Below are positions 36,455-45,488 of a stretch of DNA of 60,248 bases, in pieces. Within the stretch, counting starts at the first letter, position 1, and every line of letters starts with the position of its first letter. The notes below the pieces were generated by a model. That model was given only the letters and a program-made list of their open reading frames with translations, was not told the origin of the DNA and did no database searches. The DNA is from Clostridiales bacterium (GTDB taxonomy: Bacteria; Bacillota; Clostridia; Peptostreptococcales; Anaerovoracaceae), in contig SVDB01000001.1 in NCBI GenBank assembly GCA_015058065.1, positions 1-60,248 of the forward strand, given 5' to 3'. The translations under genes were made by a program, and so were the position numbers.

Positions 36455-38470
36455 TTATGCTGCAGCTCCTGCCTTGGAAGCTTTCTTGTGCAGTGCGTAC
36501 TGCTCGTCGAAGTGCGATCTTACCTTCTTGCCGATCATGACAACGGCAAGCACCATCAGCGCTTCGGCGATCAGCCCCGGCACGAATCCTGCTGCAAGGT
36601 GTCCCTCTGTAAAGAGAGTACCGAACTGATTGATCAGGAACGCTACGGTGTAGCCCGTACAGAGCTGAAGTCCGATAGCTCCCCAGAGCCATCCTCTGCT
36701 CTTCATTTCAGAGTTCATTGCGCCGATAGCCGCGAAGCACGGAGGCGTGTAGAGGTTGAAGAACAGGTACGCCAGCGCTGTCACTGAGGTCAGTCCCATA
36801 GTCATGGCGACCGTGTTGGCTCCGCCCGTCATAGCGAGCTCCTCTGTGTCGATGAAGGCCGTCAGTCCGTAAACTACTGCCAGAGTACCGACAACGTTCT
36901 CCTTCGCGATGAATCCCGTAATGGCTGCAGCTGCGAGCTGCCATACACCGAAGCCAAGCGGTATGAGCAGGATGGCGAACGGCGAAGCGATAGAGGCGAG
37001 GATCGAAGTGTTTTCCGCTCCCTCTTCGACTACATTGAAGTGCCAATCGAAGGTCTGCATGATCTGTACGACCGTATTGCAGATCAGGATGATCGTAGCA
37101 GCCTTGATGATGTATGCCTTAGCGCGCTCCATCATGGATCTGAAAGCGAACTTGAGGCTTGGTGCCTTCCACTTAGGGAGTTCCATGATGAAAAAGGATT
37201 TTCTGTATTTATAGCCCGTAATGCCCTTGATGAGCAGCGCTCCGAGGAAGATCAGCAGGAGTCCGAAGAAGTAACTCAGCAGACTTACCCAGCCGGCTCC
37301 GGCGAAGAACGCTCCCGCGAAGAGAGCGATGACCGGGATCTTGGCTCCGCACGGAATGAATGTTGCGAGCATCGAAGTCGCTCTTCTCTCTCTTTCGTCA
37401 CGGATCGTACGGCAGGCCATGATGGCCGGGATTCCGCAGCCGGTTCCGATGACTACAGGGATGACCGACTTGCCCGACAGACCTACTCTCTTGAAGATAG
37501 GGTCCATGACCGCGCTCACGCGGGCCATGTAGCCGCAGTCTTCAAGAAGAGCGATCAGGAAGTACATCACCATTACGAGAGGCAGGAAACCTACTACAGC
37601 TCCGACTCCGCCGACTATGCCATCAGCAAGCAGCGCGGAAAGGATCGCCGGACTGTTTTCGAGCTGTCCCGCTACCCATCCCTGGAAGGTCTCGATCCAT
37701 CCGACGAGCCAGTCAGCCACGAGAGGTCCGAGCCATGCCTGGGATACCCAGAATACGAACCACATCACAGCCGCGAAAACAAGGATACCGGCGATAGGAT
37801 TCGTCAGCACGGCATCGAGCTTGTCTGACTTCTGGGATTCAGCTGAAAGCACTGTTCTCTTTTCGACATCAGCTACGATATCGTTTACAAAGCTATAGCG
37901 CTTGCGGTCTTCCGCGTCGACTGCGTTCTTGTCATGCAGGTCGATGTCCGCCTGCAGATATGGAGCCTCCTGCGTAGTGCCCGCAAGAGATATGGCCTTC
38001 GCGATCATTTCGCTGAGCCCTTTGTTTTCTGTGGATACCGTTTCGAACACAGGACATCCGAGCTTCGCGGACAGTTTGGTCGCGTCGATCCTCGTGCCCT
38101 CTTTCTCATTGATGTCAGTCTTGTTCAACGCTACTACGACCGGGATGCCAAGTTCGAGAAGCTGAGTGGTAAAGAACAGCGATCTGCTCAGGTTGGTGGC
38201 GTCTACAATGTTTACGATGGCATCCGGATTCGCGGTGCGTACGTACTCACTGGTGATACCCTCTTCCGGTGTGAACGGCGACATCGAATAAGCTCCCGGA
38301 AGGTCTACTGCGATGACTTCCTTGCCACCCGCGTATTCCTTCTTGAGCTGGAACTCTTTACTGCCTACCGTTACGCCGCCCCAGTTGCCGACCTTCTCGC
38401 TCCTGCCCGTAAGAGCATTGTACATTGTGGTCTTGCCGCTGTTAGGATTTCCGGCAAAAGCAATTCTCAT
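36455..38470 (-). CDS. feoB: ferrous iron transport protein B
   Basis: G-domain GNPNSGKTTMYN, DLPG, NKTD, followed by the FeoB gate/membrane domains. GGAGG RBS. Confidence 0.92.
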   Translation of the reverse strand: MRIAFAGNPNSGKTTMYNALTGRSEKVGNWGGVTVGSKEFQLKKEYAGGKEVIAVDLPGAYSMSPFTPEEGITSEYVRTANPDAIVNIVDATNLSRSLFFTTQLLELGIPVVVALNKTDINEKEGTRIDATKLSAKLGCPVFETVSTENKGLSEMIAKAISLAGTTQEAPYLQADIDLHDKNAVDAEDRKRYSFVNDIVADVEKRTVLSAESQKSDKLDAVLTNPIAGILVFAAVMWFVFWVSQAWLGPLVADWLVGWIETFQGWVAGQLENSPAILSALLADGIVGGVGAVVGFLPLVMVMYFLIALLEDCGYMARVSAVMDPIFKRVGLSGKSVIPVVIGTGCGIPAIMACRTIRDERERRATSMLATFIPCGAKIPVIALFAGAFFAGAGWVSLLSYFFGLLLIFLGALLIKGITGYKYRKSFFIMELPKWKAPSLKFAFRSMMERAKAYIIKAATIILICNTVVQIMQTFDWHFNVVEEGAENTSILASIASPFAILLIPLGFGVWQLAAAAITGFIAKENVVGTLAVVYGLTAFIDTEELAMTGGANTVAMTMGLTSVTALAYLFFNLYTPPCFAAIGAMNSEMKSRGWLWGAIGLQLCTGYTVAFLINQFGTLFTEGHLAAGFVPGLIAEALMVLAVVMIGKKVRSHFDEQYALHKKASKAGAAA

Positions 38471-38522
38471 AATAATGATTCCTCCTTCTATAACATTTCG
38501 ACAGCAAATCTCTCTGCGGCGG

Positions 38523-38819
38523 TCATACTATGATCGCTTCTGAAAGCAGATTGTCGAGGTTGTATCTGCCGTCCTTGATAACGACGATACAGCTTTTTCT
38601 TTTTTTGGATATCAGAGTTATAGGTTCACCTTCATAGCAGCCGAGTCTGAAAAGGAATGAATTCATTTCATCATCGTCTGTGTTGATCTCTTTGATCGTA
38701 TAGGTGACTCCCGGCTCTGCGTTCAGCAGCGTGCGCTTTGCCGTAACATCTTCCGCTCCCTTGTCGACGGTTGGAGCAGATGTTTTGCTGCTGTTCCATA
38801 GTGCGAATTGTGCTTGCAT
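38523..38819 (-). CDS. feoA: FeoA-family protein
   Basis: The C-terminal ~70 aa match the FeoA pattern (YTIKEI...RLGCYEGEPITLISK). AAGGAG RBS. The ~25-aa N-terminal extension is uncertain. Confidence 0.75.
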   Translation of the reverse strand: MQAQFALWNSSKTSAPTVDKGAEDVTAKRTLLNAEPGVTYTIKEINTDDDEMNSFLFRLGCYEGEPITLISKKRKSCIVVIKDGRYNLDNLLSEAIIV

Positions 38820-38860
38820 TTCTTTGTCTCCTTAAGGAATGTTTGATTTCTCTAACATAG

Positions 38861-38892
38861 TTAGTTATAACTAATTTTTGTATTTGTGTCAA
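38861..38892 (-). promoter_or_regulatory. feo promoter with a 14-bp perfect palindrome over the -10
   Basis: On the minus strand: TTGACA (38892-38887), 17-nt spacer, TATAAC (38869-38864). The palindrome TTAGTTATAACTAA lies at 38861-38874. Confidence 0.55.
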
Positions 38893-38928
38893 GAAATATC
38901 CCACTTTATTTGTAGGATTTTATTGCAT

Positions 38929-38960
38929 GCAAAAACTCCCGCTCACTATGAGCGGGAGTC
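38929..38960 (-). terminator. rho-independent terminator after pfkA
   Basis: ACTCCCGCTC-5 nt-GAGCGGGAGT forms a 10-bp stem. The minus strand continues UUUUUG. Confidence 0.85.
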
Positions 38961-38984
38961 CTGTTTTATTTTCTATGTATGCTG

Positions 38985-39950
38985 TTACATGCTCAGCACG
39001 TCTACTCCTTTGTAAAGATCGTAGTCGATGCCTCTTGTCATCTCGAGAGCTTCAGCTATATCGAAATCCACGATATGACCGTCCCTTTCACCGATCGCGC
39101 GGTTCTCGATGCCGTTCTTCAGGAGTTCTACCGCGCGCATTCCGCACTGTGTGGCGAGCATCCTGTCACGGAACGAAGGCGAGCCGCCTCGCTGCAGGTA
39201 TGACAGAACGATCAGTTTGACGTCTCTGTCAGTCCTTTCTCTCAGCATTTTGATGAGTTCATCAGTTTCTATTCCGACGCCCTCCGCCTTGATAATGATA
39301 TTGTGGAGTTTGCCGGATCCGATACCTTCAGCAACCTTTCTGTAAACCTCGTCAAGGTCACCGTCGATCTCGGGGAGCAGTACACATTCAGCACCTCCGG
39401 TGATCCCCGAGTACAGCGCGATATCGCCGCAATGGCGTCCCATTACCTCTATAATGCTGGTCCTTTCATGAGATGAACTGGTGTCCCTTATACGGGTTAT
39501 CGCGTCAAGCACGGTATTGATCGCCGTGTCAAAGCCGATAGTGTAGTCGGTATAGGCAAGGTCGTTATCTATCGTTCCCGGAAGTCCCATCACTCCGATC
39601 CCGTATTTTTCAGAGAAGACCTTCGCTCCGGTAAGAGAACCGTTGCCGCCGATGACTATGAGATCCTCGATCTTCAGATCATTCAGGGTCTTATATGCCT
39701 TTTCCATTCCCTCTTCGGTCGGGAAGTGGGCGCTCCTTGCCGTTTTGAGGATCGTTCCTCCGCGCTGCAGGATATCTCCGACCGACCTTCTGTACAGTCT
39801 TTCTACATCACCTTCGATCAGACCTTCATAGCCTCTCTTGATGCCGTATACTTCCATGTCATAGTAGATGCCGTATCTTACGACCGCTCTGACCGCCGCG
39901 TTCATTCCCGGGGCATCCCCGCCGCTTGTAAGAACTCCTATCCTTTTCAT
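38985..39950 (-). CDS. pfkA: ATP-dependent 6-phosphofructokinase
   Basis: MKRIGVLTSGGDAPGMNAAVRAVVR, PGTIDND, MGR. 321 aa. Confidence 0.95.
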   Translation of the reverse strand: MKRIGVLTSGGDAPGMNAAVRAVVRYGIYYDMEVYGIKRGYEGLIEGDVERLYRRSVGDILQRGGTILKTARSAHFPTEEGMEKAYKTLNDLKIEDLIVIGGNGSLTGAKVFSEKYGIGVMGLPGTIDNDLAYTDYTIGFDTAINTVLDAITRIRDTSSSHERTSIIEVMGRHCGDIALYSGITGGAECVLLPEIDGDLDEVYRKVAEGIGSGKLHNIIIKAEGVGIETDELIKMLRERTDRDVKLIVLSYLQRGGSPSFRDRMLATQCGMRAVELLKNGIENRAIGERDGHIVDFDIAEALEMTRGIDYDLYKGVDVLSM

Positions 39951-40019
39951 TTCCGTTCTCCCAATCTTTCTGTTTTATATGTCAGTTTGACGGTCTGCCG
40001 GACCGCGATTTACCTTATG

Positions 40020-40049
40020 ATTATACTCCTTTTTGAGCTTTTATATCAA
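40020..40049 (-). promoter_or_regulatory. candidate pfkA promoter
   Basis: On the minus strand: TTGATA (40049-40044), 18-nt spacer, TATAAT (40025-40020). Confidence 0.5.
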
Positions 40050-40082
40050 CGAAGCATTGCTTCCGGACATGCCATCGTTCCT

Positions 40083-41075
40083 TCAGACACGGGAGCGGTA
40101 GATAGCTTTCATGACCTCATGGAATGCCGCGTAGAGCACTCCGGCTATAGGCCATACGATCCAGGTGTATTCCCAGGCCATGTTGACGAAGCTCCATCCG
40201 AGATATACAGCCAGTACGACAGCCCAGTAAACGCCGTCATATTTGCCGGCCTTTTTGCCGAGTCTGGTGTAGTCTCCCTCTTCGAGAAGCTTGTCATATC
40301 CGCCCTGTCTGATGCATGTGAGAACGATCAGTTTGACACCGACTGCCACGGACGTAAGAAGAAGCGCTACTCCTATCAGCGGGAGCAGGTCCGTATTGTT
40401 GCTGTAGTGCACTATACTCATGATCAGCAGCGGGATAGCCGAGACCACGCAGAGCATGATCCCTATGATCAGACGGCGGCTGTGCGTGCCGGCATATTCC
40501 GCGCGGCGCTCCTTCACCATTCCGCTGACTCCGTATTCCGTGTCGATGTATGTATTCTCAAGGTATTCATACTGCTTTCCGCGCATGCCGGCCATCAGGA
40601 AGATCGCCACCGCGCACGCCACGATCATAAGAAGGATGACCGTTCCTCCCATTTCGGCGATCTCATGCTGCAGTGAGATCATACCTATCTCTGCGAGACC
40701 GCCAAGCAGGATCAGTATGACAGGCGAGAATATGCAGAGCATCACACCGGTAGATATCATGGAAGCGGCTTTCCTGTTATGTTCAAGGAACGCGTTCGCT
40801 TCCTCGAGGCTCACGCTTCTGACCGCGTCTTCGAGCCCGCTTTCGATCGGTGGATTCTCAGACCCGTCCGCTGTCTCGATCTCATCCCTGAGCAGATAAT
40901 CAGTGCTGACTCCGAACACCTCCGACATCTGGATGATCTTCTTCATATCCGGCACCGCCTGCGCACCTTCCCACTTGGATACTGACTGTCTGGATACGCC
41001 GAGCTTGTCGGCGAGGTCTTCCTGTGACCATCCGTTTTTCTTTCTGTTCTCGATTATCTTGTCTGCTAAGATCAT
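40083..41075 (-). CDS. XRE-family HTH regulator fused to a multi-TM domain
   Basis: N-terminus RKKNGWSQEDLADKLGVSRQSVSKWEG, followed by ~5 hydrophobic segments. Confidence 0.85.
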   Translation of the reverse strand: MILADKIIENRKKNGWSQEDLADKLGVSRQSVSKWEGAQAVPDMKKIIQMSEVFGVSTDYLLRDEIETADGSENPPIESGLEDAVRSVSLEEANAFLEHNRKAASMISTGVMLCIFSPVILILLGGLAEIGMISLQHEIAEMGGTVILLMIVACAVAIFLMAGMRGKQYEYLENTYIDTEYGVSGMVKERRAEYAGTHSRRLIIGIMLCVVSAIPLLIMSIVHYSNNTDLLPLIGVALLLTSVAVGVKLIVLTCIRQGGYDKLLEEGDYTRLGKKAGKYDGVYWAVVLAVYLGWSFVNMAWEYTWIVWPIAGVLYAAFHEVMKAIYRSRV

Positions 41076-41186
41076 TTTATTTCCTCCTGTTGATGATGCG
41101 CTTGCCGCGCCTTTTCGCTTTTGCTTTCTGACACAAAAGTACTATTTCGCGCGGTTGCACACTACCAACCCTGTTTTTCAATCTGT

Positions 41187-41199
41187 CAACCGGCGGTTG
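41187..41199. promoter_or_regulatory. palindrome overlapping the -35 of the XRE gene promoter (candidate auto-operator)
   Basis: CAACCG-g-CGGTTG is a perfect palindrome. On the minus strand it overlaps TTGACA (41189-41184). A second GCAACCGC copy lies ~35 nt downstream. Confidence 0.4.
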
Positions 41200-41222
41200 C
41201 AAGTAGTTGCTTTTTCAGGTTT

Positions 41223-41639
41223 TTATAGGTTTTTGACGTCGATCGTCCTGAATCCGTTCTCAATGAGCATCGAAGCGAATATGCCCGATCCGTCGGTCAG
41301 CCTGCCCGAGAATGTACCGTCATAGATCCTGCCTACTCCGCATGACGGACTTCGCGACTGGAGTATCGCAAGATCTATCTGTTTCTCGCGGGCGAGTTTG
41401 AGACAGATCGAAGCGCCGTCCCTGAATTCCCTGTCCTTGTTTTCGCCGGCTTTGTTCATTACCACGCCGTCCACTATTTCGCAAGGGATGCGCGGCGTTT
41501 CGAGGCCGCCTGCCACTTCAGGACAAACCGGTATCACTTCATGACCTTCAGTAAAGGCCAATACCTTTTCGCTGTAATTGTCTCCGCCGTTGTATTTGCA
41601 TTTCTGCCCTAAAAGACAGGCGCTCACCATTATTTTCAT
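41223..41639 (-). CDS. DUF523 protein (TudS-like thiouracil desulfidase family)
   Basis: VSACLLGQKCKYNGG and PVCPEVAGGLETPR Cys motifs. The ATGA overlaps the upstream gene. Confidence 0.75.
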   Translation of the reverse strand: MKIMVSACLLGQKCKYNGGDNYSEKVLAFTEGHEVIPVCPEVAGGLETPRIPCEIVDGVVMNKAGENKDREFRDGASICLKLAREKQIDLAILQSRSPSCGVGRIYDGTFSGRLTDGSGIFASMLIENGFRTIDVKNL

Positions 41640-42679
41640 TTCCGTTCTCCCCGGACCTGCCCCGGCTGTTCATATCCGTCTGTTCCGGCTGACACCGGAT
41701 CGTAGCGGTGCCGGCTCATGTCCACATTTCCGTTCTCTCTGAAAGCGACTCCTTCCGCCTCCAGAAGTTCCCGCTGCTCGTGCCATCCGGGCACAGTGCG
41801 GCCCGCGTGATTTACTACCCTGTGACAAGGATGGTCGCCGTACCTGTCAGCCATGCTCATGATCTTTCCGACCAGGCGGGAATTTTTAGGTCTTCCGAGA
41901 GCCGCGGCTATCTGCCCGTAGGACATCACCTTGCCCGGAGGTATGCTGTCAGCGACGGCATACACCTCGCTGATGAGCTTTTCGTTCATGACCCCGGCAG
42001 GGTCTGATGTAAGTCTGAAACTCTCATCGACAAGGTCCATGACATCGCTGTCGCCGAGCGTATCGTCCAGTGTTACTGAGATCCACTTGCTGTGGTTCAT
42101 ATGGTACGCCGGATAGATGCCTTTTATCCTGTGAAGCACGGCGATCTTGCTTTCATCAGCCTTCAGGTTCAGCACGTCTGTCGCCTCTTCATCTGATTCC
42201 TTGTCAAGCAGACGTCGGTCTATATTCATTATGAGTCCGAACCATTTATTGTTGTCTGAATGTCTGAAGACTCCAGCAGCGGAATATCTTTCGCTTTCCC
42301 ACGGAAAGTCGGGCTCCACCGCGTATCTTCTGAGTATCGCTGCCGCTACGCGGTTGCTCTGGTCTGACGCGAACGCCACTTCATCACAGCATTTTTCCGC
42401 TATGTCCCGGAGGAGCGCTTCGTAAGCTTCCCGTACTGATCCGACAAAAGCTCCGGAGTAGTTCGGCATGCGCAGCGGGATATACTCCTCGCCCATCATA
42501 TTGTCGAGCACTCTTCCGCGCACTGAGCCGTTTTCGTACACCCTTATCTCCGCGGTAAAATCGCCACCCATGAATTCTTTGGACAGCGAGAAACAGGTTC
42601 CCTTATCAACGAATCCGTACTCTGCCAGCCGCTTCCTGCTGAAGCGCATCCGGCTGAACACCTTCTGCTCTATCGTCAT
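41636..42679 (-). CDS. MmcQ/YjbR-domain plus MGMT-family (O6-alkylguanine transferase-like) fusion protein
   Basis: The central YjbR pattern is KWFGLIMNI...HMNHSKWISV. The C-terminus has GKVMSYGQIAA...PCHRVV with the active-site Cys motif present. Confidence 0.7.
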   Translation of the reverse strand: MTIEQKVFSRMRFSRKRLAEYGFVDKGTCFSLSKEFMGGDFTAEIRVYENGSVRGRVLDNMMGEEYIPLRMPNYSGAFVGSVREAYEALLRDIAEKCCDEVAFASDQSNRVAAAILRRYAVEPDFPWESERYSAAGVFRHSDNNKWFGLIMNIDRRLLDKESDEEATDVLNLKADESKIAVLHRIKGIYPAYHMNHSKWISVTLDDTLGDSDVMDLVDESFRLTSDPAGVMNEKLISEVYAVADSIPPGKVMSYGQIAAALGRPKNSRLVGKIMSMADRYGDHPCHRVVNHAGRTVPGWHEQRELLEAEGVAFRENGNVDMSRHRYDPVSAGTDGYEQPGQVRGERK

Positions 42680-42695
42680 CTTTTTTCCGGTCTTT

Positions 42696-43367
42696 TCATT
42701 CCGCGGCTTTGCCTCTCTTCGTTATGCGTCGGAATGTGTCAGCAAGGTCTTCATTCCTGACGTCTCTGGGCTCGAACCTGCACACCCTGCAGGCGAACTG
42801 TAAGAAACTCGCCTGAAGCGCGATCACCAGTACGGTCCCTATGCCGAACGGAGCTCCCATCAGTACGCCGGCCAGCAAAGCTGCCATTTCAATGGCAAAC
42901 CTTACGATGCCTATAGGGGCCTTTGGGAACTTCTTGCCGATCACCACCATGAGCGTATCGCGGGGTCCCGCTCCGAGGGCCGGCTTCATGTAGAGGATCG
43001 TAGCGAACGCGGTTATCATCTGTCCCGCAAGAGTATAGATCACTCCCACAAATACGTTTGGAGGCTCAGGCACGAATGCCAGTATCTTCAGGAAAACATC
43101 AGACATCCACGAGATGAGAAAAACATTCATGAATGTTCCGATACCAAGCTTGCCCTTGCCCAATAAATCGATCAGCAGCACCGCTGCCCCCGTAACGAGT
43201 ACAGCCGTTCCGAAAGTCATTCCCGTGACATTTGCAGTACCGATCGCGAGAGTGTTCCATCCATTTGTGCCCGCTGCTCCGGCGAGCACTCCAAACACCG
43301 TGCCGAGCGCGAACAGCGCCAGTCCGATGGTGCATATCACTATTCGTTTACAGTATTCCTTTGCCAT
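42696..43367 (-). CDS. YczE/YitT-like membrane protein
   Basis: 223 aa with six hydrophobic segments. N-terminus KRIVICTIGLALFALG...GWNTLAIG is as in YczE-like proteins. Confidence 0.55.
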   Translation of the reverse strand: MAKEYCKRIVICTIGLALFALGTVFGVLAGAAGTNGWNTLAIGTANVTGMTFGTAVLVTGAAVLLIDLLGKGKLGIGTFMNVFLISWMSDVFLKILAFVPEPPNVFVGVIYTLAGQMITAFATILYMKPALGAGPRDTLMVVIGKKFPKAPIGIVRFAIEMAALLAGVLMGAPFGIGTVLVIALQASFLQFACRVCRFEPRDVRNEDLADTFRRITKRGKAAE

Positions 43368-43527
43368 CTCTTATAATCCCACAGTTCCCTTACACACGTC
43401 CGCATCATGGCTGCAGAGGATCTTCCGCCGCTGTCCAGAAGCTTTTTCCCTATCTTTATGTAACCACAGTTCAGTATATGTATTTTTATCGACGCTTTAT
43501 GTCTTTGATATCTTTCAATAATGACTT

Positions 43528-44757
43528 CTACCCTTCAGGATAGTGTTTGCGCATATATTCTATGGTGCGGTAAAGCACGGTGCCCTTGTAGATGTCATCA
43601 AGATGACCGGCAAAATCCAGGCCGTATTTCTCACCCAGCCTCTGAAGGCCGGCATTTATCACGCGCTCATCTTCCGCTGAGCTCTCTCCGAGATAATCGT
43701 CGATCGTCATCTGCCTGCCTTCATCGCCTGACAGGTTATATATACCGGCTCCCACCAGTCTCACCGGACGCTTTTCTACCTGATCGAGAAGTCTGAGCGT
43801 CTCTGTATATATCGTCGCCGCGTTCGCGGCTGATGTCACTATCCTCGATCTCGTGATGCTTTTCATGTCTGCGTACGTCAGTTTGAGAGTGACACCATAT
43901 CCGTGCAGCCCATGCCTTCCGGCTCTCTCTTCAACAGACAGGGCGAGCAGAAGGAGCGCGTCACGCAGCAGATCGTAGTTGCTGACATCTTCCTGGAACG
44001 TGATCTCGCGGCTGAGCGATTTCGCGTCTTCAGGCTTATACGCGGTCACTCTGCGGTCGTCGATGCCCATCGCCAGCTCAGTCATAAGGCGGCCGTGCTT
44101 TCCGAAGCGCTCTTCTATCTCTTCTCTGCGCTCCTGTATGTCGCGCACCGTGTGGATACCGATCCGGTTCAGCTTTTCAGCGGTCTTGCCGCCGACAGTA
44201 TAGAGAGCCCTCACATCACGGTCAGACATCAGTTCAACAAATGCTTCAGCATCCGGTATCTCGAAGTATCCGTTTGGTTTCTTTTCCTCACTCGCAGTTT
44301 TCGCGGCCGTCTTGGAATAAGCTACCCCTACGGAGCATGTAAGCCCGAGTTCACTGCGTATTCTGGACTGGATCTCTCTTGCCATCTCGCCCGCGCGCTC
44401 AAAACTGCCGGCGCTGTAGGTCACATCTAGATAAGCTTCATCAAGCGCTACTGTCTCCATCACTACAGCGTAATCGTTCCAGATATTCCGGATCTGAGCA
44501 GAGACTTTTCTGTATTTTTCGAAATCCGGGTGCATATAGACAGCGTTAGGACATAGCCTGTATGCCTCTTTTATGTTCATGGCGGAATGGACTCCGAACT
44601 TTCTGGCCTCGTAGCTGCAGGTAGCTACCACTCCGCGTTCTGAAGGGAGCGCGCCGATTATCAGCGGCTTTCCCGCAAGCCCGGGATCGTCCCTGATCTC
44701 TACGGAAGCGTAGAAAGCATCCATATCCACATGTATTATGATCTGACTTCTGGCCAT
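43528..44757 (-). CDS. dinB: DNA polymerase IV
   Basis: IIHVDMDAFYASVE, SIDEAYLDV-like LDEAYLDV, and a little-finger domain. Confidence 0.92.
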   Translation of the reverse strand: MARSQIIIHVDMDAFYASVEIRDDPGLAGKPLIIGALPSERGVVATCSYEARKFGVHSAMNIKEAYRLCPNAVYMHPDFEKYRKVSAQIRNIWNDYAVVMETVALDEAYLDVTYSAGSFERAGEMAREIQSRIRSELGLTCSVGVAYSKTAAKTASEEKKPNGYFEIPDAEAFVELMSDRDVRALYTVGGKTAEKLNRIGIHTVRDIQERREEIEERFGKHGRLMTELAMGIDDRRVTAYKPEDAKSLSREITFQEDVSNYDLLRDALLLLALSVEERAGRHGLHGYGVTLKLTYADMKSITRSRIVTSAANAATIYTETLRLLDQVEKRPVRLVGAGIYNLSGDEGRQMTIDDYLGESSAEDERVINAGLQRLGEKYGLDFAGHLDDIYKGTVLYRTIEYMRKHYPEG

Positions 44758-44789
44758 TTACATCTGCCCTTCCGGGTCCAGCACCTCTC

Positions 44790-45473
44790 CTATTTAAGCC
44801 TGAGGCTTTTCAGGTATTCTTTTTGCTCCGCGCTTATCCGGTAACTGTCGACCGCTTTGCTGATGGTCTTATTGTGTGTCCATTTGTCGAGGCGGCGGTC
44901 TTCGATATACGGCAGTACAGTTTCGTACTGCTTCGCCAGAGCTGTCGCGAAATACCACGCGATCATCATGTTGACATAGTATTCTTCCGACCTGACCCGC
45001 GCGACCATCTCCGGATACCCGGTGTCAAAATCTTCATCCAGAAAATGCTCCATGAGCATCCCTATGCCGAACCTGACAGTATATGTTTCGTCAGAGCGGA
45101 TCCAGCGCTTTATACTATCCACCAGCTCCGCTTTGTGTTTCCTGAAGATCTTAGGTGACATCTGGTCACAGGTCGCCCAGTTGTCCACAAACGGAAGAAA
45201 GCGCTCCGTCTCTTTCAGGCACTTATCAAAATCCTTTATCCCCGAGATAATGAAAGCGTGCAGCTGATTCTCGTCAAAATAGCGATGAGGAAGGTCGTTC
45301 AGGAACGTACTGACTTCTTCATCTTTTGCCAGCTGTCCCGCATACTTTCTCAGGTCCGGAGTCCTGACCCCTATCACCGTGCATGGATCGACCGTTGGCA
45401 GAAGTTTGGTCTGAAAGTCGCGGTATTTTTTATCCTGAAGTCTGAATAATTCTTCTATTATCTGATCGTTCAT
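44790..45473 (-). CDS. DNA alkylation repair protein (AlkD-like HEAT-repeat)
   Basis: The pattern YRDFQTKLLPT...IGVRTPDLRKYA...WATCD is typical of the family. Confidence 0.8.
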   Translation of the reverse strand: MNDQIIEELFRLQDKKYRDFQTKLLPTVDPCTVIGVRTPDLRKYAGQLAKDEEVSTFLNDLPHRYFDENQLHAFIISGIKDFDKCLKETERFLPFVDNWATCDQMSPKIFRKHKAELVDSIKRWIRSDETYTVRFGIGMLMEHFLDEDFDTGYPEMVARVRSEEYYVNMMIAWYFATALAKQYETVLPYIEDRRLDKWTHNKTISKAVDSYRISAEQKEYLKSLRLK

Positions 45474-45488
45474 GATTATCTAAACACC

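Noticed and set aside
38861-38874. Calling the feo promoter palindrome a Fur box
   Set aside because: TTAGTTATAACTAA does not match the 7-1-7 TGATAATnATTATCA consensus. It is reported as an operator of unknown regulator instead.
38671-38904. 77-aa minus-strand ORF overlapping feoA in another frame and running through the promoter
   Set aside because: It overlaps the better-supported feoA frame, which has FeoA motifs and an AAGGAG RBS. Its translation is Arg/Gln-rich with no motif.
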